Notes under the pieces: model-generated
The model's input: the letters and a program-made list of their open reading frames with translations, nothing else
The model's database searches: none
What the model was told of the DNA's origin: nothing
NCBI GenBank assembly: GCA_964016885.1
Contig: OZ024747.1
Location: forward strand, 868,001-932,000
DNA length: 64,000 nt
Reading direction: 5' to 3'
Source: Eledone cirrhosa
Taxonomy: Eukaryota
Translations under genes and position numbers: made by a program
In this document: in pieces, positions 11,086-26,085 of the stretch
Layout of the letters: every line of letters starts with the position of its first letter
Position numbering within the stretch: the first letter of the stretch is position 1

Positions 11086-12411
11086 GTGATTTCAGCTGAC
11101 TGCTATATCTAACAGATCAAGTAACTACAAAGATGGTATGCTGCTTAATGTGCAAACATGTGCAGTTGCATTAAATTAACTAATTAACTAACTACTACCT
11201 AATGTGTATCTGATTTAGAATAGGTACACCCTACCCCTGTATGTCATAAGAAGTGACTAAAAGGTGTCTGGAAGGGCATTCTCTTATCAAACATTGCCTC
11301 AGAAAATCCACATCCAACCCATGCCAGCCTGAAAACATTGACGTAAAAGCAATGATGATGATGTTGTTGTCTGACTGCCTTGACCCAGGAAACATCAGGC
11401 CACACTGAAGCATATGCTCTTCCACTTCTTGTGGAAATGACAGTGTCATAGGATGGTGTAGTCGATGATGTGGAAATATGTGTTAAGATCTGTATATCAT
11501 CTTTTTGACTGAGCTACAGTCCCTGGTCAAGTCCAGATCAAGATTGGTTGTCATCATCTTTTTGACTAAGCTGTAGTCCCTGGTCAAGTCCAGACCAAGG
11601 TTGGGTGTGGGGTATTTAACATGTTATCACGTGGTCATTGCACTCCACTAGCTAGCCAATGAGGCATGTCATGAAAAGTGTAAACCAAGGTTCTACAGAG
11701 GGTTAGTTGTGGTCACTATCAAAGATTATCACAGATTGTGTGGCCTAGCACTTGCTAACACTTTCAGAATTATATTTCTAATGTAATATATAGTTTACAT
11801 TTTTATCAATAATTTCAGTAAATTTAATAAAATAAATAAATTTTTCCTTATTCAATTAGTGTTTAGAACAAAACTTAATAAAAGTTTCTCATATAGAATT
11901 ATGATGAAAGGGTTTTAATTTAATATGAATATTTAAAATGAAAGGTTTTGTACAAGAGAAGCTGAGGTGGTGGTATTGAAAGCGTTAATAGAGAGTGAGA
12001 TGCAGAGAGAGAAAGGGAGGAAAATAGAGGATGAGGAGAACACAAATAGAGCAATTGTGTATGTATAGATAGGTATATATGTAGATAGGTACGTGTGTGT
12101 GTGTGTGTAGATAAATATGTGATGTAAATATCACAGCATTGCCAGAATATCTGGGATTCTTCAACACCAAACACTGCATAAGTTGTTTTAACTATAACTG
12201 TGAAACTATCAGTAGCAGTACTCTGCCACCAGCAACAATCAACATCACCACCAACACTACCAATACCATAACCATCATCACTGCCCTCAATAAGACTAGC
12301 AACATCACCAATATCATCAGTGTCACATCCATTAACAAAAGGTTCTATGTCACATGAGAAGATAAAGAGCCAAGTGTACTGTTAAAAATAAACTTCTTAC
12401 TATTTTAATAT

Positions 12412-15400
12412 ATGTGTAAACTCTAGCTACAATTGTGTGTAAGCCTTAACTACAGTTGTGTGTAAGCCTTAGCTACAGTTGTGTGTAAGCCTTAGCTACA
12501 GTTGTGTGTAAGCCCTAGCTACAGTTGTGTTAACCCTAGCTACAGTTGAGTTAACCCTAACTACAGTTGTGTGTAAGCCTTAACTACAGTTGTGTGAAAG
12601 CCTTAGCTACAGTTGTGTGTAAGCCTTAACTACAGTTGTGTGTAAGCCTTAGCTACAGTTGTATGTAAGCCTAGCTACAGTTGTGTTAACCCTAGCTACA
12701 GTTGAGTTAACCCTAACTACAGTTGTGTGTAAGCCTTAACTACAGTTGTGTGAAAGCCTTAGCTACAGTTGTGTGTAAGCCTTAACTACAGTTGTGTGTA
12801 AGCCTTAGCTACAGTTGTGTGTAAGCCCTAGCTACAGTTGTGTTAACCCTAGCTACAGTTGAGTTAACCCTAACTACAGTTGTGTGTAAGCCTTAACTAC
12901 AGTTGTGTGTAAGCCATAGCTACAGTTGTGTAAGCCTTAGCTACAGTTGTATGAAAGCCTTAACTACAGTTGTGTGTAAGCTTTAGCTACAGTTGTGTGT
13001 AAGCCTTAGCTACAGTTGTGTGTAAGCCTTAGCTACAGTTGTGTGTAAGCCTTAACTACAGTTGTGTGTAAGCCCTAGCTACATTTGTGTGTAAGCCTTA
13101 GCTACAGTTGTGTGTAAGCCTTAGCTACAGTTGTTTGTAAGCCTTAGCTACAGTTGTGTGTAAGCCTTAGCTACAGTTGTATGAAAGCCTTAACTACAGT
13201 TGTGTGTAAGCCTTAGCTACAGTTGTGTGTAAGCCTTAGCTACAGTTGTGTGTAAGCCTTAGCTACAGTTGTGTGTAAGCCTTAGCTACAGTTGTGTGTA
13301 AGCCTTAACTACAGTTGTGTGTAAGCCTTAACTACAGTTGTGTGTAAGCTTAGCTACAGTTGTGTGAAAGCCTTAACTACAGTTGTGTGTAAGCCTTAGC
13401 TACAGTTGTGTGTAAGCCTTAACTACAGTTGTGTGTAAGCCCTAGCTACATTTGTGTGTAAGCCTTAGCTACAGTTGTGTGTAAGCCTTAGCTACAGTTG
13501 TGTGAAAGCCTTAACTACAGTTGTTTGTAAGCCTTAGCTACAGTTGTATGTAAGCCTTAGCTACAGTTGTGTGTAAGCCTTAACTACAGTTGTGTGTAAG
13601 CCTTAACTACAGTTGTGTGTAAGCCCTAGCTACATTTGTGTGTAAGCCTTAGCTACAGTTGTGTGTAAGCCTTAGCTACAATTGTGTGAAAGCCTTAACT
13701 AAAGTTGTGTGTAAGCCCTAGCTACATTTGTGTGTAAGCCTTAGCTACAGTTGTGTGTAAGCCTTAGCTACAGTTGTGTGAAAGCCTTAACTACAGTTGT
13801 GTGTAAGCCTTAGCTACAGTTGTATGTAAGCCTTAACTACAGTTGTGTGTAAGCCTTAGCTACAGTTGTATGTAAGCCTTAACTACAGTTGTGTGTAAGC
13901 CCTAGCTACAGTTGTGTATAAGCCTTAACTACAGTTGTGTGTAAGCCTTAACTACAGTTGTGTGTAAGCCTTAGCTACAGTTGTGTGTAAGCCTTAGCTA
14001 CAGTTGTTTGTAAGCCTTAGCTACAGTTGTGTGTAAGCCTTAACTACAGTTGTGTGTAAGCCTTAGCTACAGTTGTATGAAAGCCTTAACTACAGTTGTG
14101 TGTAAGCCTTAGCTACAGTTGTATGTAACCCTTAGCTACAGTTGTGTGTAAGCCTTAGCTACAGTTGTGTGTAAGCCTTAGCTACAGTTGTGTGTAAGCC
14201 TTAGCTACAGTTGTGTGTAAGGCTTAACTACAGTTGTGTGTAAGCCTTAGCTACAGTTGTGTGTAAGCCTTAACTACAGTTGTGTGTAAGCCTTAGCTAC
14301 AGTTGTATGAAAGCCTTAACTACAGTTGTGTGTAAGCCTTAGCTACAGTTGTGTGTAAGCCCTAGCTACAGTTGTGAGTAAGCCTTAACTACAGTTGTGT
14401 GTAAGCCTTAACTACAGTTGTGTGTAAGCCTTAACTACAGTTGTGTGTAAGCCCTAGCTACAGTTGTGTATAAGCCTTAACTACAGTTGTGTGTAAGCCT
14501 TAACTACAGTTGTGTGTAAGCCTTAGCTACAGTTGTGTGTAAGCCTTAGCTACAGTTGTGTGTAAGCCTTAACTACAGTTGTGTGTAAGCCTTAGCTACA
14601 GTTGTGTGTAAGCCTTAACTACAGTTGTATGTAAGCCTTAACTACAGTTGTATGTAAGCCTTAGCTACAGTTGCATGAAAGCCTTAGCTACAGTTGTATG
14701 AAAGCCTTAACTACAGTTGTATGTAAGCCTTAGCTACAGTTGTGTGGAAGCCTTAGCTACAGTTGTATGAAAGCCTTAACTACAGTTGTATGTAAGCCTT
14801 AGCTACAGTTGTATGAAAGCCTTAGCTACAGTTGTATGAAAGCCTTAACTACAGTTGTATGTAAGCCTTAGCTACAGTTGTGTGAAAGCCTTAACTACAG
14901 TTGTATGAAAGCCTTAACTACAGTTGTGTGTAAGCCTTAACTACAGTTGTGTGTAAGCCCTAGCTACATTTGTGTGTAAGCCTTAGCTACAGTTGTGTGT
15001 AAGCCTTAGCTACAGTTGTGTGAAAGCCTTAACTACAGTTGTTTGTAAGCCTTAGCTACAGTTGTGTGTAAGCCTTAGCTACAGTTGTGTGTAAGCCTTA
15101 GCTACAGTTGTGTGTAAGCCTTAACTACAGTTGTGTGTAAGCTTTAGCTACAGTTGTGTGTAAGCCCTAGCTACAGTTGTGAGTAAGCCTTAACTACAGT
15201 TGTGTGTAAGCCTTAACTACAGTTGTGTGTAAGCCTTAACTACAGTTGTGTGTAAGCCCTAGCTACAGTTGTGTATAAGCCTTAACTACAGTTGTGTGTA
15301 AGCCTTAACTACAGTTGTGTGTAAGCCTTAGCTACAGTTGTGTGTAAGCCTTAACTACAGTTGTGTGTAAGCCTTAGCTACAGTTGTGTGTAAGCCTTAG

Positions 15401-17260
15401 CTACAGTTGTGTGTAAGCCTTAACTACAGTTGTATGTAAGCCTTAACTACAGTCGTATGTAAGCCTTAGCTACAGTTGTGTGTAAGCCTTAACTACAGTT
15501 GTATGAAAGCCTTAACTACAGTTGTATGTAAGCCTTAGCTACAGTTGTGTGAAAGCCTTAGCTACAGTTGTATGTAAGCCTTAGCTACAGTTGTGTGAAA
15601 GCCTTAGCTACAGTTGTATGAAAGCCTTAACTACAGTTCTATGTAAGCCTTAGCTACAGTTGTGTGAAAGCCTTAGCTACAGTTGTATGAAAGCCTTAAC
15701 TACAGTTGTGTGAAAGCCTTAGCTACAGTTGTATGTAAGCCTTAACTACAGTTGTATGTAAGCCTTAGCTACAGTTGTGTGAAAGCCTTAGCTACAGTTG
15801 TATGAAAGCCTTAGCTACAGTTGTATGAAAGCCTTAACTACAGTTGTATGTAAGCCTTAGCTACAGTTGTATGAAAGCCTTAACTACAGTTGTATGTAAG
15901 CCTTAGCTACAGTTGTGTGAAAGCCTTAGCTACAGTTGTATGTAAGCCTTAACTACAGTTGTATGTAAGCCTTAGCTACAGTTGTATGAAAGCCTTAGCT
16001 ACAGTTGTATGAAAGCCTTAACTACAGTTGTATGAAAGCCTTAACTACAGTTGTGTGTAAGCCTTAGCTACAGTTGTATGAAAGCCTTAACTACAGTTGT
16101 GTGTAAGCCTTAGCTACAGTTGTGTGTAAGCCTTAACTACAGTTGTGTGAAAGCCTTAGCTACAGTTGTGTGAAAGCCTTAACTACAGTTGTGTGTAAGC
16201 CCTAGCTACAGTTGTGTGAAAGCCTTAGCTACAGTTGTGTGTAAGCCCTAGCTACAGTTGTGTGTAAGCCCTAGCTACAGTTGTGTGTAAGCCCTAGCTA
16301 CGGTTGTGTGTAAGCCTTAACTACAGTTGTGTGTAAGCCTTAGCTACAGTTGTGTGTAAGCCTTAACTACAGTTGTGTGTAAGCCTTAACTACAGTTGTG
16401 TGTAAGCCTTAGCTACAGTTGTGTGTAAGCCCTAGCTACAGTTGTGTGTAAGCCTTAACTACAGTTGTGTGTAAGCCCTAGCTACAGTTGTGTGTAAGCC
16501 TTAACTACAGTTGTGTGTAAGCCTTAGCTACAGTTGTGTGTAAGCCTTAGCTACAGTTGTGTGTAAGCCTTAACTACAGTTGTATGTAAGCCTTAACTAC
16601 AGTTGTGTGTAAGCCTTAGCTACAGTTGTGTGTAAGCCTTAACTACAGTTGTGTGTAAGCCTTAACTACAGTTGTGTGTAAGCCTTAGCTACAGTTGTGT
16701 GTAAGCCTTAGCTACAGTTGTGTGTAAGCCTTAACTACAGTTGTATGTAAGCCTTAGCTACAGTTGTGTGTAAGCCTTAACTACAGTTGTGTGTAAGCCT
16801 TAGCTACAGTTGGGTGTAAACCTTAATTACAGTTGGGTGTAAGCCTTAACTACAGTTGTGTGTAAGCCCTAGCTACAGTTGTGTGTAAGCCTTAGCTACA
16901 GTTGTGTGTAAGCCTTAACTACAGTTGTATGTAAGCCTTAGCTACAGTTGTGTGTAAGCCTTAACTACAGTTGTGTGTAAGCCTTAACTACAGTTGTGTG
17001 TCAGCCTTAGCTACAGTTGTGTGTAAACCTTAATTACAGTTGGGTGTAAGCCTTAACTACAGTTGTGTGTAAGCCCTAGCTACAGTTGTGTGTAAGCCTT
17101 AGCTAGAGATGTGTGTAAGCCTTAACTACAGTTGAGTTAAGCCTAACTACAGTTGTGTTACCCCTAGCTACAGTTGTGTTACCCCTAGCTACAGTTGTGT
17201 GTGACCCCTAGCTACAGTTGTGTTAACCCTAGCTACAGTTGTGTGTGAACCCTAGCTACT
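12412..17260. repeat. 23-bp satellite, about 210 copies
   Basis: Unit gtgtgtaagcctta(g/a)ctacagtt with tatg/gaaa variants; no ORFs in any frame. Confidence 0.98.
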
Positions 17261-17499
17261 GTCCTATTCAAGGGTGGCAGTAAACAGACATCTCCTTCAT
17301 GAACCAACAAACTGAACCTTTCATGGCAGCTCAGCAGCAGCAGCCACATCTCCCTGCAGCTGTAAAATAAATCGACAGTCTTTTTTCTATCCATAAGGGA
17401 ATGTTACACAATTTTCTCAGCTATTATTTATACCAACCAACTGTGATATTTTCTGCACCTGAGATTCCTACCTTTTCTATGAATATATATATATATACC

Positions 17500-17705
17500 A
17501 TCATTATCGTCACTGTTTACTATCCATTTTCCATGCTTCTATAGATTAGACAGGCTGCCATGTTATGAGACCAGACAGGTAAGGTGACCACGTCTTGCTT
17601 ATACAATTTGATTTTAGCTTGCTTTTCTATGGTTGGATGCCCTTCCTAATGCCAACCACCTTACAGTGCAGACTGGGTGGTTTTTAGCCATATCACCAGC
17701 ACAAC
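17500..17705 (-). mobile_element. RTE-tail-derived repeat copy
   Basis: tggatgcccttcctaatgccaaccaccttacagtg is the reverse complement of the tail module. Further copies at about 26700-26860(-), 27240-27475(+), 33675-33900(-), 34490-34735(+) and 52715-52960(-). Confidence 0.7.
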
Positions 17706-17753
17706 ACCTTACACACACACATATATATATATATACATACATATATGTATATA

Positions 17754-17791
<38 letters not shown>

Positions 17792-17944
17792 AGGGAGATT
17801 CATAAAGATATATAGCTTTTATTGTGCAGTAATATCTAGTAAGAAGAAAGTGGTACACTTAGCTACCAACTGAATGTATATGGGTTCAATTCCTAATGAA
17901 GCTATCATTTTATATATATCCTTACAATTAAGTGTCTACATGCA

Positions 17945-20900
17945 TATGGTGACTGTATGTCTGCATGGAATACACACACACACACACATAATGACTGTCT
18001 GCATGGAATACACACACACACACACATAATGACTGTCTGCATGGAATACACACACACACACATAATGACTGTCTGCATGGAATACACACACACACATAAT
18101 GACTGTCTGCATGGAATACACACACACACATAATAACTGTCTGCATCGAATACACACACACACACATAATGACTGTCTGCATGGAATACACACACACACA
18201 TAATGACTGTCTGCATGGGATACACACACACACACATAATGACTGTCTGCATGGAATACACACACACACACACATAATGATTGTCTGCATGGAATACACA
18301 CACACACACATAATGACTGTCTGCATGGAATACACATACACACACACATAATGACTGTCTGCATGGAATACACACACACACACACATAATGACTGTCTGC
18401 ATGGAATACACACACACACATAATGACTGTCTGCATGGAATACACACACACACACATAATGACTGTCTGCATGGAATACACACACACACACATAATGACT
18501 GTCTGCATGGAATACACACACACACATAATGACTGTCTGCATGGGATACACACACACACACATAATGACTGTCTGCATGGAATACACACACACACACACA
18601 TAATGATTGTCTGCATGGAATACACACACACACACATAATGACTGTCTGCATGGAATACACATACACACACACATAATGACTGTCTGCATGGAATACACA
18701 CACACACACACATAATGACTGTCTGCATGGAATACACACACACACATAATGACTGTCTGCATGGAATACACACACACACATAATGACTGTCTGCATGGAA
18801 TACACACACACACATAATGACTGTCTGCATGGAATACACACACACACATAATGACTGTCTGCATGGAATACACACACACATAATGACTGTCTGCATGGAA
18901 TACACACACACACACATAATGACTGTCTGCATGGAATACACATACACACACACATAATGACTGTCTGCATGGAATACACACACACACACATAATGACTGT
19001 CTGCATGGAATACACACACACACACATAATGACTGTCTGCATGGAATACACACACACACACATAATGACTGTCTGCATGGAATACACACACACACATAAT
19101 GACTGTCTGCATGGAATACACACACACACATAATGACTGTCTGCATGGAATACACACACACACATAATGACTGTCTGCATGGAATACACATACACACACA
19201 TAATGACTGTCTGCATGGAATACACACACACACATAATGACTGTCTGCATGGAATACACACACACACATAATGACTGTTTGCATGGAATACACACACACA
19301 CACACATAATGACTGTCTGCATGGAATACACATACACACACACATAATGACTGTCTGCATGGAATACACACACACATAATGACTGTCTGCATGGAATACA
19401 CACACACACACATAATGACTGTCTGCATGGAATACACACACACACATAATGACTGTCTGCATGGAATACACACACACACATAATGACTGTCTGCATGGAA
19501 TACACACACACACATAATGACTGTCTGCATGGAATACACATACACACACATAATGACTGTCTGCATGGAATACACACACACACATAATGACTGTCTGCAT
19601 GGAATACACACACACACATAATGACTGTTTGCATGGAATACACACACATAATGACTGTCTGCATGGAATACACATACACACACACATAATGACTGTCTGC
19701 ATGGAATACACACACACACACACATAATGACTGTCTGCATGGAATACACACACACACATAATGACTGTCATCATGGAATACACACACACACACATAATGA
19801 CTGTCTGCATGGAATACACACACACACACACATAATCACTGTCTGCATGGAATACACACACACACACACATAATGACTGTCTGCATGGAATACACACACA
19901 CACACATAATGACTGTCTGCATGGAATACACACACACACACATAATGACTGTCTGCATGGAATACACACACACACATAATGACTGTCTGCATGGAATACA
20001 CACACACACACACATAATGACTGTCTGCATGGAATACACACACACACATAATGACTGTCTGCATGGAATACATACACACACACATAATGACTGTCTGCAT
20101 GGAATACACACACACATAATGACTGTCTGCATGGAATACACATACACACACACATAATGACTGTCTGCATGGAATACACACACACACACAATGACTGTCT
20201 GCATGGAATACACACACACACATAATGACTGTCTGCATGGAATACACATACACACACATAATGACTGTCTGCATGGAATACACATACAAACACACATAAT
20301 GACTGTCTGCATGGAATACACACACACACATAATGACTGTCTGCATGGAATACACACACACACACATAATAACTGTCTGCATGGAATACACACACACACA
20401 CACACACACAATGACTGTCTGCATGGAATACACACACACACATAATGACTGTCTGCATGGAATACACACACACACACACATAATGACTGTCTGCATGGAA
20501 TAGACACACACACATAATGACTGTCTGCATGGAATACACACACACACACATAATGACTGTCTGCATGGAATACACACACACACACAATGACTGTCTGCAT
20601 GGAATACACACACACACATAATGACTGTCTGCATGGAATACACACACACACACAATGACTGTCTGCATGGAATACACACACACACACAATGAATGTCTGC
20701 ATGGAATACACACACACACACACATAATGACTGTCTGCATGGAATACACACACACACACACATAATGACTGTCTGCATGGAATACACACACACACATAAT
20801 GACTGTCTGCATGGAATACACACACACACATAATGACTGTCTGCATGGAATACACACACACACACATAATGACTGTCTGCATGGAATACACACACACACA

Positions 20901-23415
20901 CACACACACAATGACTGTCTGCATGGAATACACACACACACATAATGACTGTCTGCATGGAATACACACACACACACACATAATGACTGTCTGCATGGAA
21001 TAGACACACACACATAATGACTGTCTGCATGGAATACACACACACACACATAATGACTGTCTGCATGGAATACACACACACACACAATGACTGTCTGCAT
21101 GGAATACACACACACACATAATGACTGTCTGCATGGAATACACACACACACACAATGACTGTCTGCATGGAATACACACACACACACAATGAATGTCTGC
21201 ATGGAATACACACACACACACACATAATGACTGTCTGCATGGAATACACACACACACACACATAATGACTGTCTGCATGGAATACACACACACACATAAT
21301 GACTGTCTGCATGGAATACACACACACACACATAATGACTGTCTGCATGGAATACACATACACACACATAATGACCGTCTGCATGGAATACACACACATA
21401 CACACACAATGACTGTCTGCATGGAATACACACACACACACACATAATGACTGTCTGCATGGAATACACACACACACACACACAATGACTGTCTGCATGG
21501 AATACACACACACACACATAATGACTGTCTGCATGGAATACACACACACACACACACAATGACTGTCTGCATGGAATACACACACACACACACATAATGA
21601 CTGTCTGCATGGAATACACACACACACACACACAATGACTGTCTGCATGGAATACACACACACACACATAATGACTGTCTGCATGGAATACACACACACA
21701 CACACAATGACTGTCTGCATGGAATACACACACACACATAATGACTGTCTGCATGGAATACACACACACACACACACACATAATGACTGTCTGCATGGAA
21801 TACACACACACACACATAATGACTGTCTGCATGGAATACACACACACACACATAATGACTGTCTGCATGGAATACACACACACACACACACAATGACTGT
21901 CTGCATGGAATACACACACACACATAATGACTGTCTGCATGGAATACACACACACACACACACATAATGACTGTCTGCCTGGAATACACACACACACACA
22001 TAATGACTGTCTGCATGGAATACACACACACACACACACACACAATGACTGTCTGCATGGAATACACACACACACATAATGACTGTCTGCATGGAATACA
22101 CACACACACACACATAATGACTGTCTGCATGGAATAGACACACACACATAATGACTGTCTGCATGGAATACACACACACACACATAATGACTGTCTGCAT
22201 GGAATACACACACACACACAATGACTGTCTGCATGGAATACACACACACACATAATGACTGTCTGCATGGAATACACACACACACACAATGACTGTCTGC
22301 ATGGAATACACACACACACACAATGAATGTCTGCATGGAATACACACACACACACACATAATGACTGTCTGCATGGAATACACACACACACACACATAAT
22401 GACTGTCTGCATGGAATACACACACACACATAATGACTGTCTGCATGGAATACACACACACACACATAATGACTGTCTGCATGGAATACACATACACACA
22501 CATAATGACCGTCTGCATGGAATACACACACATACACACACAATGACTGTCTGCATGGAATACACACACACACACACATAATGACTGTCTGCATGGAATA
22601 CACACACACACACACACAATGACTGTCTGCATGGAATACACACACACACACATAATGACTGTCTGCATGGAATACACACACACACACACACAATGACTGT
22701 CTGCATGGAATACACACACACACACACATAATGACTGTCTGCATGGAATACACACACACACACACACAATGACTGTCTGCATGGAATACACACACACACA
22801 CATAATGACTGTCTGCATGGAATACACACACACACACACAATGACTGTCTGCATGGAATACACACACACACATAATGACTGTCTGCATGGAATACACACA
22901 CACACACACACACACATAATGACTGTCTGCATGGAATACACACACACACACATAATGACTGTCTGCATGGAATACACACACACACACATAATGACTGTCT
23001 GCATGGAATACACACACACACACACACAATGACTGTCTGCATGGAATACACACACACACATAATGACTGTCTGCATGGAATACACACACACACACACACA
23101 TAATGACTGTCTGCCTGGAATACACACACACACACATAATGACTGTCTACATGGAATACACACACACACACATAATGACTGTCTACATGGAATACACACA
23201 CACACACACACAATGAGTGTCTGCATGGAATACACACACACACACACACATAATGACTGTCTGCATGGAATACACACACACACACACAATGACTGTCTGC
23301 ATGGAATACACACACACACACATAATGACTGTCTGCATGGAATACACACACACACACACACAATGACTGTCTGCATGGAATACACACACACACACATAAT
23401 GACTGTCTGCATGGA

Positions 23416-23448
<33 letters not shown>

Positions 23449-24240
23449 GACTGTCTGCATGGAATACACACACACATAATGACTGTCTGCATGGAATACA
23501 CACACACACACATAATGACTGTCTGCATGGAATACACACACACACACAATGACTGTCTGCATGGAATACACACACACACATAATGACTGTCTGCATGGAA
23601 TACACACACACACATAATGACTGTCTGCATGGAATACACACACACACACACAATGAATGTCTGCATGGAATACACACACACACACACACACATAATGACT
23701 GTCTGCATGGAATACACACACACACACACATAATGACTGTCTGCATGGAATACACCCACACACACATAATGACTGTCTGCATGGAATACACACACACACA
23801 CAATGACTGTCTGCATGGAATACACACACACACACACATAATGACTGTCTGCATGGAATACACACACACACACACATAATGACTGTCTGCATGGAATACA
23901 CACACACACACAATGACTGTCTGCATGGAATACACACTCACACACACATAATGACTGTCTGCATGGAATACACACACACACACCCATAATGACTGTCTGC
24001 ATGGAATACACACACACACACACACAATGACTGTCTGCATGGAATACACACACACACACACATAATGACTGTCTGCATGGAATACACACACACACACACA
24101 TAATGACTGTCTGCATGGAATACACACACACATAATGACTGTCTGCATGGAATACACACACACACACCCATAATGACTGTCTGCATGGAATACACACACA
24201 CACAATGACTGTCTGCATGGAATACACACACACACACAAT
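17945..24240. repeat. Composite satellite: constant (t)aatgactgtctgcatggaata plus variable (CA)n, roughly 180 units
   Basis: Near-invariant 21-22-bp motif separated by CA runs of variable length; explains all the Cys/Val- and His/Thr-rich ORFs. Confidence 0.98.
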
Positions 24241-25334
24241 AGTTAGTTGTTCACTGGATAATGGGCAGCTATAACAACAACAGTAATTTAGTCTTTAGTT
24301 AGGTGGGGGAGGTGTCAATGAAAAAGACAATAGTACTGTGTGTGGTGTGGTGTTTGAGGGGAGGTGTTGGTGTGGTGTGATAGGGTGTGGGGAGCAGTGA
24401 TGTGTGGGGTGGGGGCAGTGAGCGTATGTGTGTGTCCTATGTAGGACAATAGCCTGAATGACATACAGAAAGGGGGGTACTGACAGGCACACAGGTAGAT
24501 ACACTCACATACAACATAGATTGATACATACACACACATACATATATGGATTGATAGATTGGTTGATAGATAAAAAGGTGTTGGTGATAGTGGTGGGTAA
24601 GAGAGGGAGGAGCGTAATTGTGAAGGCCTGGGGTTATGTAAACATGCACACAGACACTTGTTTTCATGATTGAATCAGGAATGAAGGGCAGTACCTATGA
24701 ATCTTCTCAGGGTCTCTATCACTGATGGGGGAGAATGTTTGTGACCACTTAATGCAAGACTCCCAAGAGTGGTTGAAGGGTTAGGAGGATAATAATCACA
24801 GAAGGGTGACATAGTCAATACCCAGTGACCTGACTACCTATAACAAAATGTACTGAGCTAAAGGTACCCAGTGGCCTGACTCTACCTATAACAAAATGTA
24901 CTGAGCTAAAGGTACCCAGTGGTCAGCTGAAGGATTAAATACTAATAAACTTAAATCCACACACACACAAAATGACATTTATATACACAAGTCTATACAC
25001 AGCAACTTGTATGCATACAATACAATCATGCACGCACACAACTAGACAACCATACAATAATATGATCTGCATAAATGTAACATTGACATTTCTATCCTGA
25101 AGACGCTTCTCAGCTAGATGTTGGTGGAGGAAATACTTTCTCTTGGATTGGTAGAAGTGAAGACGCTCCACGTCATTCCAGTCTTGGCTTTGCCATTAAT
25201 TATAGCTTTGCCATCATTAATATTATATTAACTATCTTTCATAAGTGATGTTTTTAGACTGTTTGTGGATACAACTTATATAACAGTATTTCAAATATTG
25301 ACTAATTCTCGAAATGTAAATTGAATCCTTTCTT

Positions 25335-25640
25335 TTGTAATCCAAACTAAGATGGATTGGTCATATCATCAGAATGAGTGACAATACGTCCTCATGTATA
25401 GCCAGCTTCATGATGGAAATGGAAGGATAAACATAGGCAAACCATTGTTGAGATACAAGAACAAGTTAATCTGAAAGTAACAAAGATACCTCCAGAAACT
25501 TTTGAAAAAACTGCACTGAATCACAATGAATGGAGACAAATTTGCCCTAAAGCCATAAAACTAAAACTATGAAAGATGCCAGTTACATTGTATAAGCATC
25601 TACGAACAAGTCTGCAAATCATTGGATGGATTAAATTCTC
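25335..25640 (+). mobile_element. Decayed RTE-clade LINE C-terminal fragment
   Basis: Translates with frameshifts to KLRWIGHIIRMSD..LMYSQLHDG..IGKPLLRYKNKL..LKVTKIPPETFEKTALNHNEWRQIC, a typical RTE C-terminal region. Confidence 0.7.
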
Positions 25641-25777
25641 ATAAGAGACATATACACCAGAAGAGATAAAAGACTTGGACCCTCATATACCAAAATAACA
25701 GGATAAGCCATTATCTATATCTCTTTCTATATATAGAGTATGTGGTTCAGTGAATTGCTGGTGGTGGAACCTAAACA

Positions 25778-26085
25778 AGCATTCAATGCACAGGCAGAGT
25801 GTATATATTAAGAAAAATGATGAAGTTTTGTTTACATGTATTTAGTTTTTTATTGTGAATTGATCTGTTACACATGTTTCACAGAGGATTGGCTCAGAGT
25901 CACAAAAAATAAGTATAGTTGTTGGATCACCAGTCTGAATATCAGATCAATAATAGAGTTGGGTCCATAACTCCTATGGGTGACCCTGAGCCAATTCTCT
26001 CCAAAACATGCATAACAGGTCGATGCACAATAAAAAGACTAAATACATGTAAAAGAATCTTCACCATTTTTATTAATATATATAT
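25778..26085 (-). mobile_element. Degenerate palindromic Penelope-end-like element
   Basis: Inverted arms at about 25802-25903 and 25980-26083. The left arm reverse complement contains gaaacatgtgta (3' half of a hammerhead). Tail motif agcattcaat...gcagagt on the left, (TA)n on the right. Confidence 0.55.

Noticed and set aside
11497-11606. Two-copy direct repeat of about 55 bp (similar case at 24820-24922)
   Set aside because: Simple local tandem duplications with no further structure.
17905-24239. Very long Cys/Val-rich ORFs (up to 1733 aa)
   Set aside because: By-product of a stop-free satellite strand; open in all three frames with identical periodic peptides.
17945-24240. CRISPR array
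   Set aside because: The spacers are only (CA)n of variable length, there are no cas genes, and the context is eukaryotic.
24935-25200. Possible coding exon (ERLHFYQSKRKYFLHQHL...)
   Set aside because: No recognizable domain or convincing splice sites, and it lies next to a LINE remnant.
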